From Octopus sinensis (Eukaryota): DNA of 64,000 nucleotides. A model generated the notes under the pieces. That model did no database searches and was not told the origin of the DNA. It saw only the letters and a program-made list of their open reading frames with translations. This document shows positions 51,298-64,000 of this stretch, piece after piece. The position numbers and the translations under genes are program-made. Numbering within the stretch: position 1 is the first letter of the stretch; each line of letters begins with the position of its first letter. The stretch lies in the NCBI RefSeq assembly GCF_006345805.1, contig NC_043021.1:13392001-13456000 (forward strand), in the 5' to 3' direction.

Positions 51298-52342
51298 ATG
51301 ATGATTTCTTTTATTGGCTGCAAGGACCCAAAACATTGAGAACAATATTAGCGGACAAGCTACAACGTACAAAAACAGGTGGGGTTTACATCAGTCAAAA
51401 GGAGACACCACCACATTAAAGGCTATAACTAAGGATATACAAATATAAATTAGAGAAATAAATAACCAATAAATAAACTAGTGAGACCCATGGAAATTCC
51501 ACGGAATGGAAAAATTAAGATGACCTATTTAAGAAAGAAAAGATGATTTGCATTTTTATAGCATTCTTCGTTTAGCTTTCTTTAAATATTCTTGATTTTC
51601 AGCTACATTCATTTCTTCATGTCTTGCTGTTCCTCTCTGATCCATGCTCCATGTCTGAACATCCTTTCTCAACTTGCAACCGTGTTTCTTGTGAATCCAG
51701 AGTTTAGGATAAATTAACCCTTATAAGCAAATATCGGTAAATTTCTATATTAACACTTGCACAATTTTCACTAAGAAAAAAAAAACTCAGTTTTTTTGCC
51801 TCCCCCACACACACTTTTTTTCCAAACCAAAATAAGGGATTTGTAACATATTAGGAGGTCAGGGTACTTGATTCCATGTAAAAAATCCAAGTTTTTTTTT
51901 CCCTTAGTGAAAATCGTGTGGGTGTTAATATAGAAATTTACCCAAACATGAGTTTTTTTAAGCGAGCAGCCGATAAATAATTGCACTTAAGCGCATGCTT
52001 TAAGTGATGATCTGATTGCTATAAAAACAAAAATTAGTTCCAAAAAAAAATACTTTTTCACTATCAACATACCACCACCACCACCACCACAACCATCGAC
52101 CTCTTTCACTCTCTCACTCTTTCTCTCTCCCCCTCTCCCTCAATATAACTACCTCTCCTGTCCAGCTCTCTTTATCTATCTTTCCCTTCAGCTAACTTTG
52201 TGACCATGTAATAAGTATTTTTCCCCACCCCACCACACTTCCTTAATACTCCTTGCTCCCTCTTTTCCTCGTCTTTTTCTCTCCTTTTTCACCTCTACCT
52301 TCAGCTAACCACATGACCATTTCTCTTCTTTCTTCACTCCTA

Positions 52343-54420
52343 ATTTATCGACCCCCAAAAGGAAGAATGGCAAAATCGACTTCAGTAGAATTTGAACTTA
52401 GAACATGGTAACAGGCGAAATACCACTAAGCATGCTAATGTTTCTGCCAGCTCGCCATCTTAATGATAATAATAGTAGTAATCGTTTCTACTATATGTAC
52501 AAGGCCTAAAATTTATTGAGGGGGGGGGGAGTCGATAACATTAACCACAGTGTTCAACTGGTACTTATTTCACCAACCCCCAAACAATGAAAGGAAAAGT
52601 TGACCTAGGCAGAATTTGAACTCAGAAAGTAAAGATAAATGAAATATCGTGTGGCATTTTGTCCAGCAAGCTAATAAGAATGAGAACAATAATGGTTTCG
52701 AATTTTGGCACCAGGCCAGCAATTAGAAGGGAAGGGTAAATAGATTACATCGACCTCAGTGATCAACTGGTACTTTTTTTATCAACCTGTGAAAGGAGGA
52801 AAAGCAGAGTCAACCTTGGCAGGATTCGAACCCAGAACATGACAGACGAAATGTCGTTAAGCATTTTGCCTGGTGTGCTAACGATTCTGCCAGCTCACCA
52901 CCTTAGCTATAAAATGATGATTTCAAATTTTGGCACAAGGCCAGTAGTATAAGGGGAGGGGGTAATTCGATCACATTGACCCCAGTACTTAAGTGGTACT
53001 TATTTTATCGACCCCAAATAGATGAAAGGCAAAGACAACTGCAGTGGGGTTTGAACTCGAAACATAATGATAGAGAAAATGCCACTAAGCATTTTGTTCA
53101 GAGTGCTAACAATTCTGCCTGCTCACTGCCATAATAATAATGATAATAATAATAATAATAATAATATATAATAATAATAATAATAATAATCTTTATTAAT
53201 AATAATAATCTTTTCTACTCTAAGCACTGCCTAAAATCTTTGGGGAGGGGGTGCCAGTCGATTAGATCCCCAGAATGCAACTGGTACTTAATTTATCAAC
53301 CCCCAAAAGGATGAAAGGCAAAGTCAACCGTGGCGGAATTTGAACTCAGAACATAAACACAGGCGAAATGCTGCTAAGCATTTCGCCTGCCGTGCTAACG
53401 TTTCTGCCGGCTCACTGCCTTATAATAATAATAAAAATCCTTTCTATTATAGCCACAAGGCCTGTAATTTTGGGGGAGGTGGGGCATTTGATTAGATCGA
53501 CCCCAGTATGCAACTGGTAATTAATTTATAGACCCTAAAAGGCTGAAAGGCAAAGTCGACCTTAGCAGAATTTCACCCGGCATGCTAACGTTTCTGCCAG
53601 TTCACTGCCTTTGTAATAATAATAATAATAATAATGAATACCCTGATGCAGTACCAGGCAGTGGCTCTCATGGCTTCTGATCTTAACTGATAGGAAGTGT
53701 TATCATGTACATTGTTTTTTGTTTTGGTATAAAAGATAGGCTGCAGCAAATATTCTGCTCAATACCACAGATTTGCTTGTCAGTTGTTTGACCATAACCA
53801 GTTGACCATGTCCCTTGGTGGTTGACGATATGTGCATCTCTGATCACGAGCAGAAGTAAAGGGGGAGCATCCTAGCCATGTGTTGAAGAATTCTTTGGGG
53901 TTTGGATAATTCACTTTTGGAAACATGGATGTTTTGTTCATCATCTTTAAACGACCCTTATTCAGGGAAATTTTGAGTGGGATGGACTACTAGACTTGAA
54001 GAAAATTCCAACTGGGTCCCACTTGAAAGGTCATGCACTGTTTATCTTGATATGAGATCACAATGTCACGCACATATGGTTGTGATGCATGTGCCTGGTG
54101 TACCACTATACAGACGGATAGTCATGATAGGTATACTGGGCTTTGTATCGTTGTACCCCAATGTCACTTTGATGGCAGGCACTGCTCTCTCACTCAATAA
54201 TAATAATAATAATAATGGTTTCAAATTTTGGCACAAGGCCAGCAACTTAGGGGGGCGGAGATAAGTCAATTACATTGAAACTGGTACTTATTTTATTGAC
54301 CCCCGAATGGATAGAAGGCAAGATAACTGCAGTGGAATTTGAACTTGGAATGTAAAGTCGGACGAAATGCCAGTAGGCGTTTTGTGCAGTACAGTAACAA
54401 TTCTGCCAGCTCACCACCTT
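52343..54420 (-). mobile_element. Head-to-tail array of seven family M SINEs with (TAA)n-like spacers, plus one unclassified ~560-bp (TAA)n-flanked element (53635-54196)
   Basis: Copies at ~52343, 52483, 52693, 52918, 53207, 53436 and 54216, all co-oriented and mutually diverged. Confidence 0.8.
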
Positions 54421-54595
54421 GATGATGATAATGATGATGATGATGAGATGATGATGACGATGACGATGATAGTAATAATAATTTCTTTTGTCTGCCACCA
54501 GGGTAATGGTTGAAGAGACAATACAAAAACAGACAGACATAAAGGGCAGGGATCTGCACAGAATGGAATGATAAGAAAAAATTAAATGCAAGTGT

Positions 54596-54631
<36 letters not shown>

Positions 54632-56124
54632 TAATAATGATGATAATGATGATGATGATGATGATAATGATAATGTTGATGGTGATGGTGATGATTCAAG
54701 AAAGTGCTAATTTTCCAGGGCAGGGGATGAGAAAAACTAAATATGAAATAATTGAAGATATGAATAAATTGTGGGAGAGGAGGGAGAGAGGGGAGAGAGG
54801 GGAGGGAGAAAGAGAGAGAGATGGGTGGGGGTCCAGAGTGTAATGAATGAGTGCAAAGTAAGAGTAATGTGAAGAAGAAAAAAAGATGAGGAAATGGGTA
54901 GACAGGTGATGTTGAGGGGGGGGCAGATTAAGGTAGGTCGGGTGGAATGGAATGAAATGATGGGGTAGCTTGGAGGTGGGGTGGGGTGATGGAAATGAAG
55001 TAAGGGAAGCAGAAAGAAAAGGAGAGAGAAGGAGAGATGGTAAGATGGCCAAAGAGAGGAAATAGAGAAAGGATAGAATGGTAGCGGGTGGAGGAATTTA
55101 GGTGCGATAGTGTAATTATGGTGGTGGTGGCGGTGAGGGGGAAGCTGTTATTAAGATGAGACAGGGGTGTGTCTCGTGTTAGAGTTTAATCACTCACAGT
55201 CTAGGGCTGGCGGGAGGGAGGTACAGGTGATGGGAAGCCAGGGATGGCGGGGTAGCAGGGAACAGTTCTGTAGTTTTTTTTTTTTGTATTGTTTTATTTT
55301 GTTTTTGTGATGGTGATGATGATGATGATAGTGGTGGTGGTGGTGTGGTGTTTTCAAATGATGTAAAGTGTTGTGGTGGTGGTGTGATGATGATGATGAT
55401 GATAATTATAACAATGTGAGAAATAAGAATGGCAAACACAAAAACAAATTCCGAGAATTGGTAATAGCTATGAATGTGATGAAGATGAGGAGGATGAAGA
55501 TGAAGAGGATAACGATGATAACGATGATGGTGATGTGTTGAGGATGATAGTGACGACGATGATGATTAACATGATGATGACAATAATGACAATGATGATG
55601 ACGATGATGATCACAACAACGATGACGATGATGATGATGATGATGATGACAGCAGCGATGATGATGACGATAATGATGATGCTACTGCTGCTGCTGTTGA
55701 CGATGACGACGATGACGACAATGATGATGATGACAACAGCAATGATGACGACAACGACGATGATGACGATAATGATGATGCTACTGCTGTTGACGATGAC
55801 GATGATAATGACAGCAATGATGATGATGATGATGAAGATGATGACAGCAAAAATGGTGTTGATGGAGGAGATAGTGGTGTTGGTCGTGGCGTTGGTGCCA
55901 GTGAATGTGAAGCAGTTGAGATCCCAACAAGATACACAACTGTTGGTATGGCAGCAAAATAACTAAAACAAGGAATGCCATAGTGCTGTTGTTGTTGTTG
56001 TTGCTGATCATGTAGATACTGTTTAGCCCCAGGACAGGCCTGACTTAGAAAGCCTGTCAGCAAAAAAGCATTCCAGCAATGCACATCCCATCTTATTTAT
56101 TTACTTATTTATTTATTTACATAT

Positions 56125-56287
56125 AGGCACAGGAGTGGCTGTGTGGTAAGTAGCTTGCTTACAAACTACATGGTTCTGGGTGCGGTCCCACTGCATGGCA
56201 CCTTGGGCAAGTGTCTTCTACTATAGCCTCGGGTCAACCAAAGACTTGTGAGTGACTTTGGTAGACGAAAACTGAAAGAAGCCCATC

Positions 56288-56328
<41 letters not shown>

Positions 56329-56770
56329 TATAAGAAGGGATGACCACTAAGTGGACATCCAATATGATCTACTTCTAGCATATTGGATGTCCACTTAGTG
56401 GTCATCCCTTCTTATATGCATGTAATAAAATTTTTCTGAATTTTCAGATTTTTCTATATGCTAAGCTACTGGTTTTAAATTAATGTTAATTAAATTAATA
56501 TTTAATTTATTACTCTCATTATTTAAATTTTGTGTGTGTGTGTGTGTGTGTATGTGTGTGTATGTGTGTTTGTGTGTCTGTGTTTGTCCCCAAAACATCG
56601 CTTGACAACCGATGCTGGTGTGTTTACATCCCCATAACTTAGCGGTTCAGCAAAGAGACCGATAGAATAAGTACTAGGCTTCCAAAGAATAAGTCCTGGG
56701 GTCGATTTGCTCGACTAAAGACAGTGCTCCAGCATGGCCGCAGTCAAATGACTGAAACAAATAAAAGAAT
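56125..56770 (+). mobile_element. Family A SINE with a ~205-bp fold-back insert in its internal microsatellite
   Basis: Head and core to 56290, (TA)n, insert 56326-56530, (TG)n, tail. Confidence 0.85.
56329..56416. repeat. Perfect 38-bp inverted repeat with 12-nt loop
   Basis: TATAAGAAGGGATGACCACTAAGTGGACATCCAATATG-atctacttctag-exact reverse complement. Confidence 0.95.
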
Positions 56771-57188
56771 ATCATGCATCATGCATCACATGTGATCCTA
56801 GGGAAATTTGTGGTTGCTATTTCTAGCAAGTCAAGCAACCGAGTGGTGTTGCTAGTAATGTCATTTGGCCTTAAGTCATGCCTGATTAAATAGACCCATG
56901 ATCAAAGACACTCCATGCACGACCGTACCAACTTTCTCCCATGTGCAAGGATGGGGTGATGGTGGGTCAGGTCGATGATAAAAGTAAAGACTATAGTGAT
57001 GATGATGATGACGATGATGACGATGATGATGATGATGACGATGATGATGCTTATATCAATAATAAAGATGATGATGGTGATTATGATGATGATGATGGTG
57101 ATGACAACTGATGATATCCTCAATGTGTAGGCAGAACTGTGATGACAACAATAAAGATGTTGTTTAGAACAGTCATAACACTGGTAAC

Positions 57189-57226
<38 letters not shown>

Positions 57227-58284
57227 CAGCAGCAGCAGCAGTAGAAATGGTAATGGAACTGGTGGTAACAGTAGTGTTAGTGGTAGTAATGATGGGAGGG
57301 ATCTAGTAGTGGTAGCGGCAGTGGTGGTGACAATGGTGGCTGTGGCAGCGGCAGCGGCAGCAGCAGCTGAAGCAGTTGATGGGTGGTGTTGGTATTAGTT
57401 GTGGTGGTAGTAGTAACGGTGGTGGTGGTGGTGGTAATAATTGTAGCATAGTGATGTTGCTGTTAGTAGAGGGTCGATAGGTGTAAGGGGGGGACATTGG
57501 TGAGATGCTGAAACCCTGAGTGGTGATGGGAACGCGGGGGGGGAGGAGGAAGGGAGGGAGACAGAGAGAGAAGTGACAGCAAAACGCAATGATGATGATG
57601 ATGATGATGGTGATGGTGGTGGTGATGGTGGTGATGATGGTGATGGTGGTGGTGATGGTGGTGATGATGGTGATGATGGTGGCGGTGATGATGATTGATG
57701 GTGGTTGTGGTGATGGTGGTGGTGGTGATGATGATGATAGTTGATAATGATGGTGATGATGCTGATGTTGATCATGGCTGATGATGGTGGTGGCGGTGGT
57801 GGTGGTGGTGGTGGTGGTGGTGGTGATGATGGTGGTGGTGATGATAATGATGATGATGATGAACAGTTACCATATCTGAGGGAATGGGGACGGGCGGGGA
57901 GAAAGCTATATGGATGGGATCTGTTATGCAATGATAGTTTCGAGATCAATAGGGCAAACGGATTGGAGAGCAAAGTAAAGTATTGAAGACGTCACTATGA
58001 CAACGGAGAATAATATTCCTCCTGGTCCTCCTTCTTCTTCTTCTTCGTCCTCTTCTCCTTCATCCCCATCATCTTCCTCCATCTTGTCGCCGTCTCCACT
58101 TGCAGCACCCTCTGCCACCAGCACCACCGCACCACCATAACAACAACAACTACAAGTACCACCGTCACCGTCGCCATCACCACTTACAGTCCTGGCCACC
58201 TCTTCAACTAAAAATCCCACAATTCTAATCACCATCAACAATGCTACTTTAATCAACACGGCGTTGAGACATTTATTGAAATTA

Positions 58285-58483
58285 CATATATATATATATA
58301 CACATATATATACATATACATATATATATATACATATATACATATAAATATATATGTTTGTGTGTGTATATATATATATATATACATACATACATATATA
58401 TATACATACATACATACATATACATATACATATACATACACATATATATACATACATACATATATATATATGTATACATACAT

Positions 58484-58514
<31 letters not shown>

Positions 58515-58587
58515 CACATACACACATATATACATACACATATATACATGCACACACACATATACACACACATATACATTCACACAC

Positions 58588-58645
<58 letters not shown>

Positions 58646-59042
58646 TATATATATATAATATATATATATATAGACACACACACATATATATAGAGAGAGG
58701 GTGAGACAGTGGAGAAGCAAAAAAGAAAGTAAAGAAGGAAATAGATGTAAAGTTGGACCAACAGACGTAGATCTTTAGAATTCATTCTGTATAATACAGA
58801 CACACGCACACACACATACTAATATAGGCATATATAAATATAAGTATACAAATATAAATACATGCACATATACATAAATATATATATATACCTATATATG
58901 TGTGTGTGCTTATACATATAATGATATATATTTACATATAGAAATATGTACATATGCATATACACATATGCATACACATACATATATATACATACATTAA
59001 TATATATATATACATACACACACACACACACAAACACACACA
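58285..59042. repeat. Compound (TA/CA/CATA)n microsatellites
   Basis: Direct reading. Source of the Y/I/C/V/M-rich ORFs. Confidence 0.95.
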
Positions 59043-59284
59043 TATGAATCCAAAGATACCGAGATAGTGATGTAGATAAACATGATTATGCTTTATATAT
59101 ATATATCATCATCATCATCTTTTAATGTCCTTTGTCCATGCTGGCATGGGTTGGACAGTTTGACCAGGGCTGGAAAGCTGGAAGGCTGCACCAGACTCCA
59201 GTCTGATTTGGCACGGTTTCTACGGCTGGATGCCCTTCCTAATGCCAACCACTCCAATGCCAACTACACCATATATAATATACA

Positions 59285-59345
<61 letters not shown>

Positions 59346-59893
59346 TTTTATATAATTATGAATATAATTACAATTAGGGTTTGGCAAAAAAATTTGCTTA
59401 ATAACCACATACCAAACTTACATACATACATACATACATACACACACATACATATATATAAATATATATATATATATACACATGCATACTTAAACACACA
59501 CATACACATGTATGTATGTATATATGTATATATGTCTAACTCTAAAGCGATTTTGGAGTTACGGACTCCAGCCAGAATAAATGGTATTAACAGTAAAAGA
59601 ATCCAAGCTAGTTGGTTCCTATTAAGTTTCTGTTCAGCCAAATGAAGTTGCATGCATCTGCAGAGATATACAGAATTAATTAACCAATGATGTTGATTAA
59701 GATAAGAGCAGGAAAAGAACCAGGTTGCATGTCACACAGCAAAGAACTAACTTGTTATAATTGTTTGCAAGAAGGTGGTGTTGAGGAGGTTGAAAGAAAC
59801 AAGACAATCCAATAGGACTATCCAATTATGTTACACTGTTAAACAATGAGAGTATTTAAGCAATGTGTTCATGGATAGTTAAACAGGTTGGAT

Positions 59894-59939
59894 GTGGCAC
59901 TGATGAAAGAGCAATAACTCTCGAAATATGTATATACAC
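59894..59939 (+). ncRNA. Degenerate minimal hammerhead ribozyme motif (probably inactive)
   Basis: CTGATGA-aAGAG-caataa-CTCTc-GAAA-tatgta. First stem II pair is A.C and stem I is broken. Confidence 0.4.
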
Positions 59940-60165
59940 TCAAAACCAATTTTCTTTTCTATCTTTGATCACATTGCTTACATAGAGGTATTCATTTAGG
60001 AAACATCATAATTTTCAGTGCTGACCCTGAATTTTATATAAAATCTACGGAGATAAATTTAACACTAGAAGTACTGAGTGGTCATTTATGACTGCTTTTG
60101 CTTTTTAAATTTTTAGTTTCTATGACTGTATTGAATGTGCAATCATGAGCATTATTTCATATATA

Positions 60166-60400
60166 TCATCATCATCATCGTTTAACGTCCGTTTTCCATG
60201 CTAGCATGGGTTGGACGGTTTGACCAGGGTCTGGGAAGCCAGGAGGCTGCACCAGGCTCCAGTCTGATCTGGCAGTGTTTCTACAGCTGGATGCCCTTCC
60301 TAACGCCAACCACTCCATGAGTGTAGTGGGGGCTTTTTACGTGCCACCAGCACAGGTACCAGGGGAGGCTGGCAGCAGCCACGATCGGTTGGTGCTTTTT
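60166..60400 (-). mobile_element. RTE-clade 3' tail
   Basis: (CAT)n plus consensus tail. Further copies at 13115, 39968, 41460, 59105, 63220. Confidence 0.8.
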
Positions 60401-61069
60401 GTGCATATATTTTTTTTATTGTATGTAAATAAATGCTAAAAGACTGTATTTTCAGATCCTTTATTCACTACATTAGCTTATATTTAAAATAATTTGTATT
60501 AAATAAAGATTTTCGATGCCAGTCAGAAATGACTGTTATGGTCCTTGTAGGACATAAGAACTGTTAGTACTTCTAGTGTTATTAATGAGAAGCTGTCCAC
60601 TAACGATTATCTCACTTGACCTACATTGTCATTGGAACATTGAGCAATCAACCACAAATAGAATAAAGAGGCAAATCACATTCTTGTTCATACTGATTTA
60701 ATAAAAAGTGAGATTGCTCTTCTTACTCGCCACTTGAATGTGTCTTTGAGCTTTTTTCTTTTTTTCGCTTTATTGCTTCATTGAATCCAATACAATGCCA
60801 GTGTTTGATACACTAATCTAGGGCATAATCTGTTGTTTTGTCAATTGTAAAGCAGTGGAGCGTGTCAAAAGTATTTTGTGGTCAAAAGAATAAGGGAGCA
60901 GTTGTATAACTTACAGTATTGTAATGTACTTGACTATCAATTTACTCCTAAAACCACATCCTGGCATAATGATATACGGCTTCTTTTTTTGTTTTACTTG
61001 TTTCACACACTAACACAGATTGTTGAGTGCTAATAGCGGACAGACATAAAAGACACACACATATGTGTG

Positions 61070-61120
<51 letters not shown>

Positions 61121-61338
61121 ATAATATATATATATATATATGTATATTTTCCACATTCTTTGTGGAAAATAGCGATATTGACGTCTATATCTAGCATATT
61201 GTCCATCCACTTTTAGTGGTCAGTCCTTTAAATTTTGTATGTAAAAATATTTTAATCTTCGGATTTCTTTAATATGCTAGGCCACTGGTTTTAATTGATT
61301 AATATCAATTTCTACCCTTATTCAATTATATATATATA

Positions 61339-62228
61339 TGTCGTGGGTGTGTGGTTTACGTGTGTGTATTTGTGTGTGAATGTTTAGGTTAGGGGGATTG
61401 CTATATAGGTTTGTTATAGAGTTTAGTAAAGGGAGATTTTATCATTATATGTTTTTATGAGTTTTGGTTTATCATGGTAGGTTTGATAAGGAATTCGTAG
61501 TAATTTGTGTCTATTTGCGATGTCTGTTGTTTTATTGCATTGTTTCATTCATAATTTTTAAGTAGTGTTCGTTTTACCAAGTGAATATAATTTTTAATTC
61601 CATTTATTCCATTTCTCCGTTCATAGTTTTGAGTGATGTCCGTTTTCTAGAGTGTGAATGTGGGTTGTATGTGTGTGTGTGTGGGAGTATGAATAAGTAT
61701 TGTGTTGAAGTATTTAGCTATTTTATTTATTTATAGTTGCCTAGACATTTTTATGTGTATGTATAGGGATATATATATAGGTGTGTGATTTAGTGTATGT
61801 AGTTAGATATGGTTATATATAATTAGGTATATGTGTATGGGTGTATATATAGTTTATTATTATATTATTATTATTTTTTTTGTTTTGTTTTATATTTTAT
61901 ATTTTATATTTTATATTTTATATTTAATTGTTGATAGGTTTTTTAGTTTATATATTGTTTATATATTGATTATATATGGATTATAGATAGGTTATATATG
62001 GATTATATACTTATATTTTTTCATTCATACTTTAATTATTTTAAAATTATTATTTTTATATTTTAAAATATTGATTTTTTAGATTGGAAGTCCACCTGAA
62101 GATTGTCGATCAAGACAAGAAACGATTGTAGTGGCGGTTTTTTTGACTATTTATTAAAATTTTATGTATTGATTAAGTCTTTCCTTGTTTGTTTTGCAAA
62201 ATAGTGGTTTTGTCTCTAATAATATTTT
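61339..62228 (+). mobile_element. Putative Penelope-like pseudo-LTR / non-autonomous element bounded by (TA)n
   Basis: ~890 bp GT/AT-skewed segment between two (TA)n runs, containing a hammerhead. Its 3' end AATAGTGGTTTTGTCTCTAAT matches 41343-41363 (20 of 21), which is also followed by (TA)n. Confidence 0.55.
62092..62134 (+). ncRNA. Minimal type I hammerhead ribozyme
   Basis: CCAC (stem I) CTGAAGA (core) TTGTC-gatcaa-GACAA (stem II) GAAA C-gatt-G (short stem III) TA (GUA site) GTGG (stem I). Confidence 0.75.
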
Positions 62229-62232
62229 ATAT

Positions 62233-62286
<54 letters not shown>

Positions 62287-62378
62287 AAATTGTTTATAAT
62301 TTTCGCCTTTAAAGGTATTTTAATATGCTGCCACTTTGATGAAATTTTTTTTGCAAAAATATGTTATCCTATATAGAA

Positions 62379-62409
<31 letters not shown>

Positions 62410-62582
62410 TAGATAAAACTTACTTGGAAAACGATGCATGACGTTCGATCATATAATAACATAAATAATATATAAATATGTGCATATATACATAATATAT
62501 AATATATAAATATATGCATATATAAAAAAACATGGAATAGATGAAACAGGGACAACTGAAGAAGGGGAATATTCTTTATGTC

Positions 62583-62985
62583 AGGAGTGGCTGTGTGGTA
62601 AGTAGCTTGCTTACCAACCTCATGGTTCCGGTTTCAGTCCCACTGCGTGGCACCTTGGGCAAGTGTCTTCTACTATAGCCTTGGGCTGACCAAAGCCTTG
62701 TGAGTGGATTTTCTAGACGGAAACTGAAAAAAGCCTGTCGTATATATGTATATATATATAGGTATGTGTGTGTGTTTGTGTGTCTGTGTTTGTCCCCCCA
62801 ACATCACTCGACAACCGATGCTGGTGTGTTTACATCCCCGTAACTTAGCAGTTCGGCAAAAATTGACCGATAGAATAAGTACTGGGCTTACAATGAATAA
62901 GTCCTGGGGTCGATTTGCTCGACTAAAGGCAGTGCTCCAGCATGGCCACAGTCACATGACTGAAACAATTAAAACAGTAAAAGGA
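62583..62985 (+). mobile_element. Family A SINE, full length
   Basis: Near-consensus head, core, microsatellite and tail. Confidence 0.85.
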
Positions 62986-63314
62986 GAGAGTTCAACTTAT
63001 TCAACATAATTAACAAATTCACAGAGTAAAAATATTTACATTGATCCTGCTACCATTCAGTTGGCAGAATGTACTAATCAGAATAGTGTATATTTGGTCA
63101 GGACAAATAAGAATTTAGGGATTATTTGAGTGTGTAGTAGAGATTACTAGGGTATGAATGCTACTCAGACCTAAGAAGCTGCTTCAATTTAAGTACCTAA
63201 TTCAATTGAATCTTTATTGTCATCATCATCATCATCCTCATCATCGTTTAGTGTCCGTTTTCCATGCTAGCATGGGTTGGACGGTATGTTATATATATAT
63301 ATATATATATATAT

Positions 63315-63690
63315 ACTAGCAGTATCACCCAGTATTACTTGGGTTTGTTTCGACCCTTTAGAATTGGAATTTTTGAAAAGTAAAAATTTTGCATTATGTA
63401 GCTTGTGAACATTTTTCTGGTTGAAATACACCAAAAAATGGCGACACAGTAGTAAAAAAATCGTAAAAAATAGGTATTTTCATAGAAAAAAAAGCACCTT
63501 TTTGATGTAAATAATTCTTGGTCTTAACATGGCCCAATTTGAATTTTATCTTCTATGGTATGAAGAGCAAGCCTTCTTCTATCATACTCTCAATTTTGGT
63601 CAACTTGTGCCGCAGGGTCTCAGAGGAGATAGTGTTAGTTGAAGGCTACAAAACCTGTCACACACAGACAACTTCAGCTTTATATATATA
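63315..63690 (+). mobile_element. HINE/Helentron-like element, copy 2
   Basis: ACTAGCAGTATCACCCAG...CACACAGACAACTTCAGCTTTATATAT. Homologous to 172-561. Confidence 0.6.
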
Positions 63691-63706
63691 TTTATATATA
63701 GAGATA

Positions 63707-64000
63707 AGAGTGAATCAAAAAGTAATGCCATTTTGTTTAGGACAGATATAATTACCAACACAGGAACATGTATCATACATCAAAATGAAGCTGGTCCTTT
63801 GTGGATCACATCCCTACTTCTCAACATAGTCACCGTTTCTCTCAATAGCAATGTTCCACCTTCGAATGATAGCATGTATCCCTGCCCGTAAAATTCTGTT
63901 GACTGTTCTGTGAGCTACTTCTTCACAACAGTTTTCACTTCCTTGTCACTGGAATAATGTTTACCTCTCAAACTCTCTTTTGTGGGGCCGAAGAGATGAT
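63707..64000 (-). mobile_element. Mariner element right end with transposase C-terminal remnant (63814-64000)
   Basis: Minus translation HLFGPTKESLRGKHYSSDKEVKTVVKK*LTEQSTEF/GIHAIIRRWNIAIERNGDYVEK*. TIR-like AGAGTGAATCAAAAAGTAATG follows a TA. Confidence 0.8.

Noticed and set aside
62410-62580. Minus-strand donor-like GTAAGT and a CTGAAGA motif
   Set aside because: Embedded in microsatellite-flanked, repeat-like sequence; no acceptor and no downstream stem II/GAAA.

Overview
Repeat-dominated eukaryotic DNA. The SINE/LINE repertoire and extreme microsatellite load point to a coleoid cephalopod, most likely Octopus (inference). No complete protein-coding gene is present, and nearly all ORFs in the supplied track are microsatellite or SINE artefacts. 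The best-supported host structure is the 5' end of a minus-strand gene: a CpG-rich promoter/first-exon island at ~46.85-47.55 kb with a strong donor at 46852, a ~44-kb intron, and a 180-nt exon (2600->2421) with a clean acceptor and donor that starts a signal-peptide-like ORF (MDIIAIIFSVILFFLS...) running off the left edge. The remainder is three tRNA-derived SINE groups, LINE fragments (RTE, CR1, R4/Dong), Tc1/mariner and hAT-type DNA elements, Helentron-like (HINE) elements, Penelope-like remnants and several local tandem duplications. The most unusual signals are an intact-looking minimal hammerhead ribozyme (62092-62134), a decayed second one (59894-59939), and a recurring architecture of short AT-rich inserts in (TA)n microsatellites with near-perfect 38-67 bp fold-back hairpins. 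Together these suggest a microsatellite-targeting, ribozyme-bearing, non-autonomous Penelope-like family. Repeat boundaries were read by eye and are approximate.
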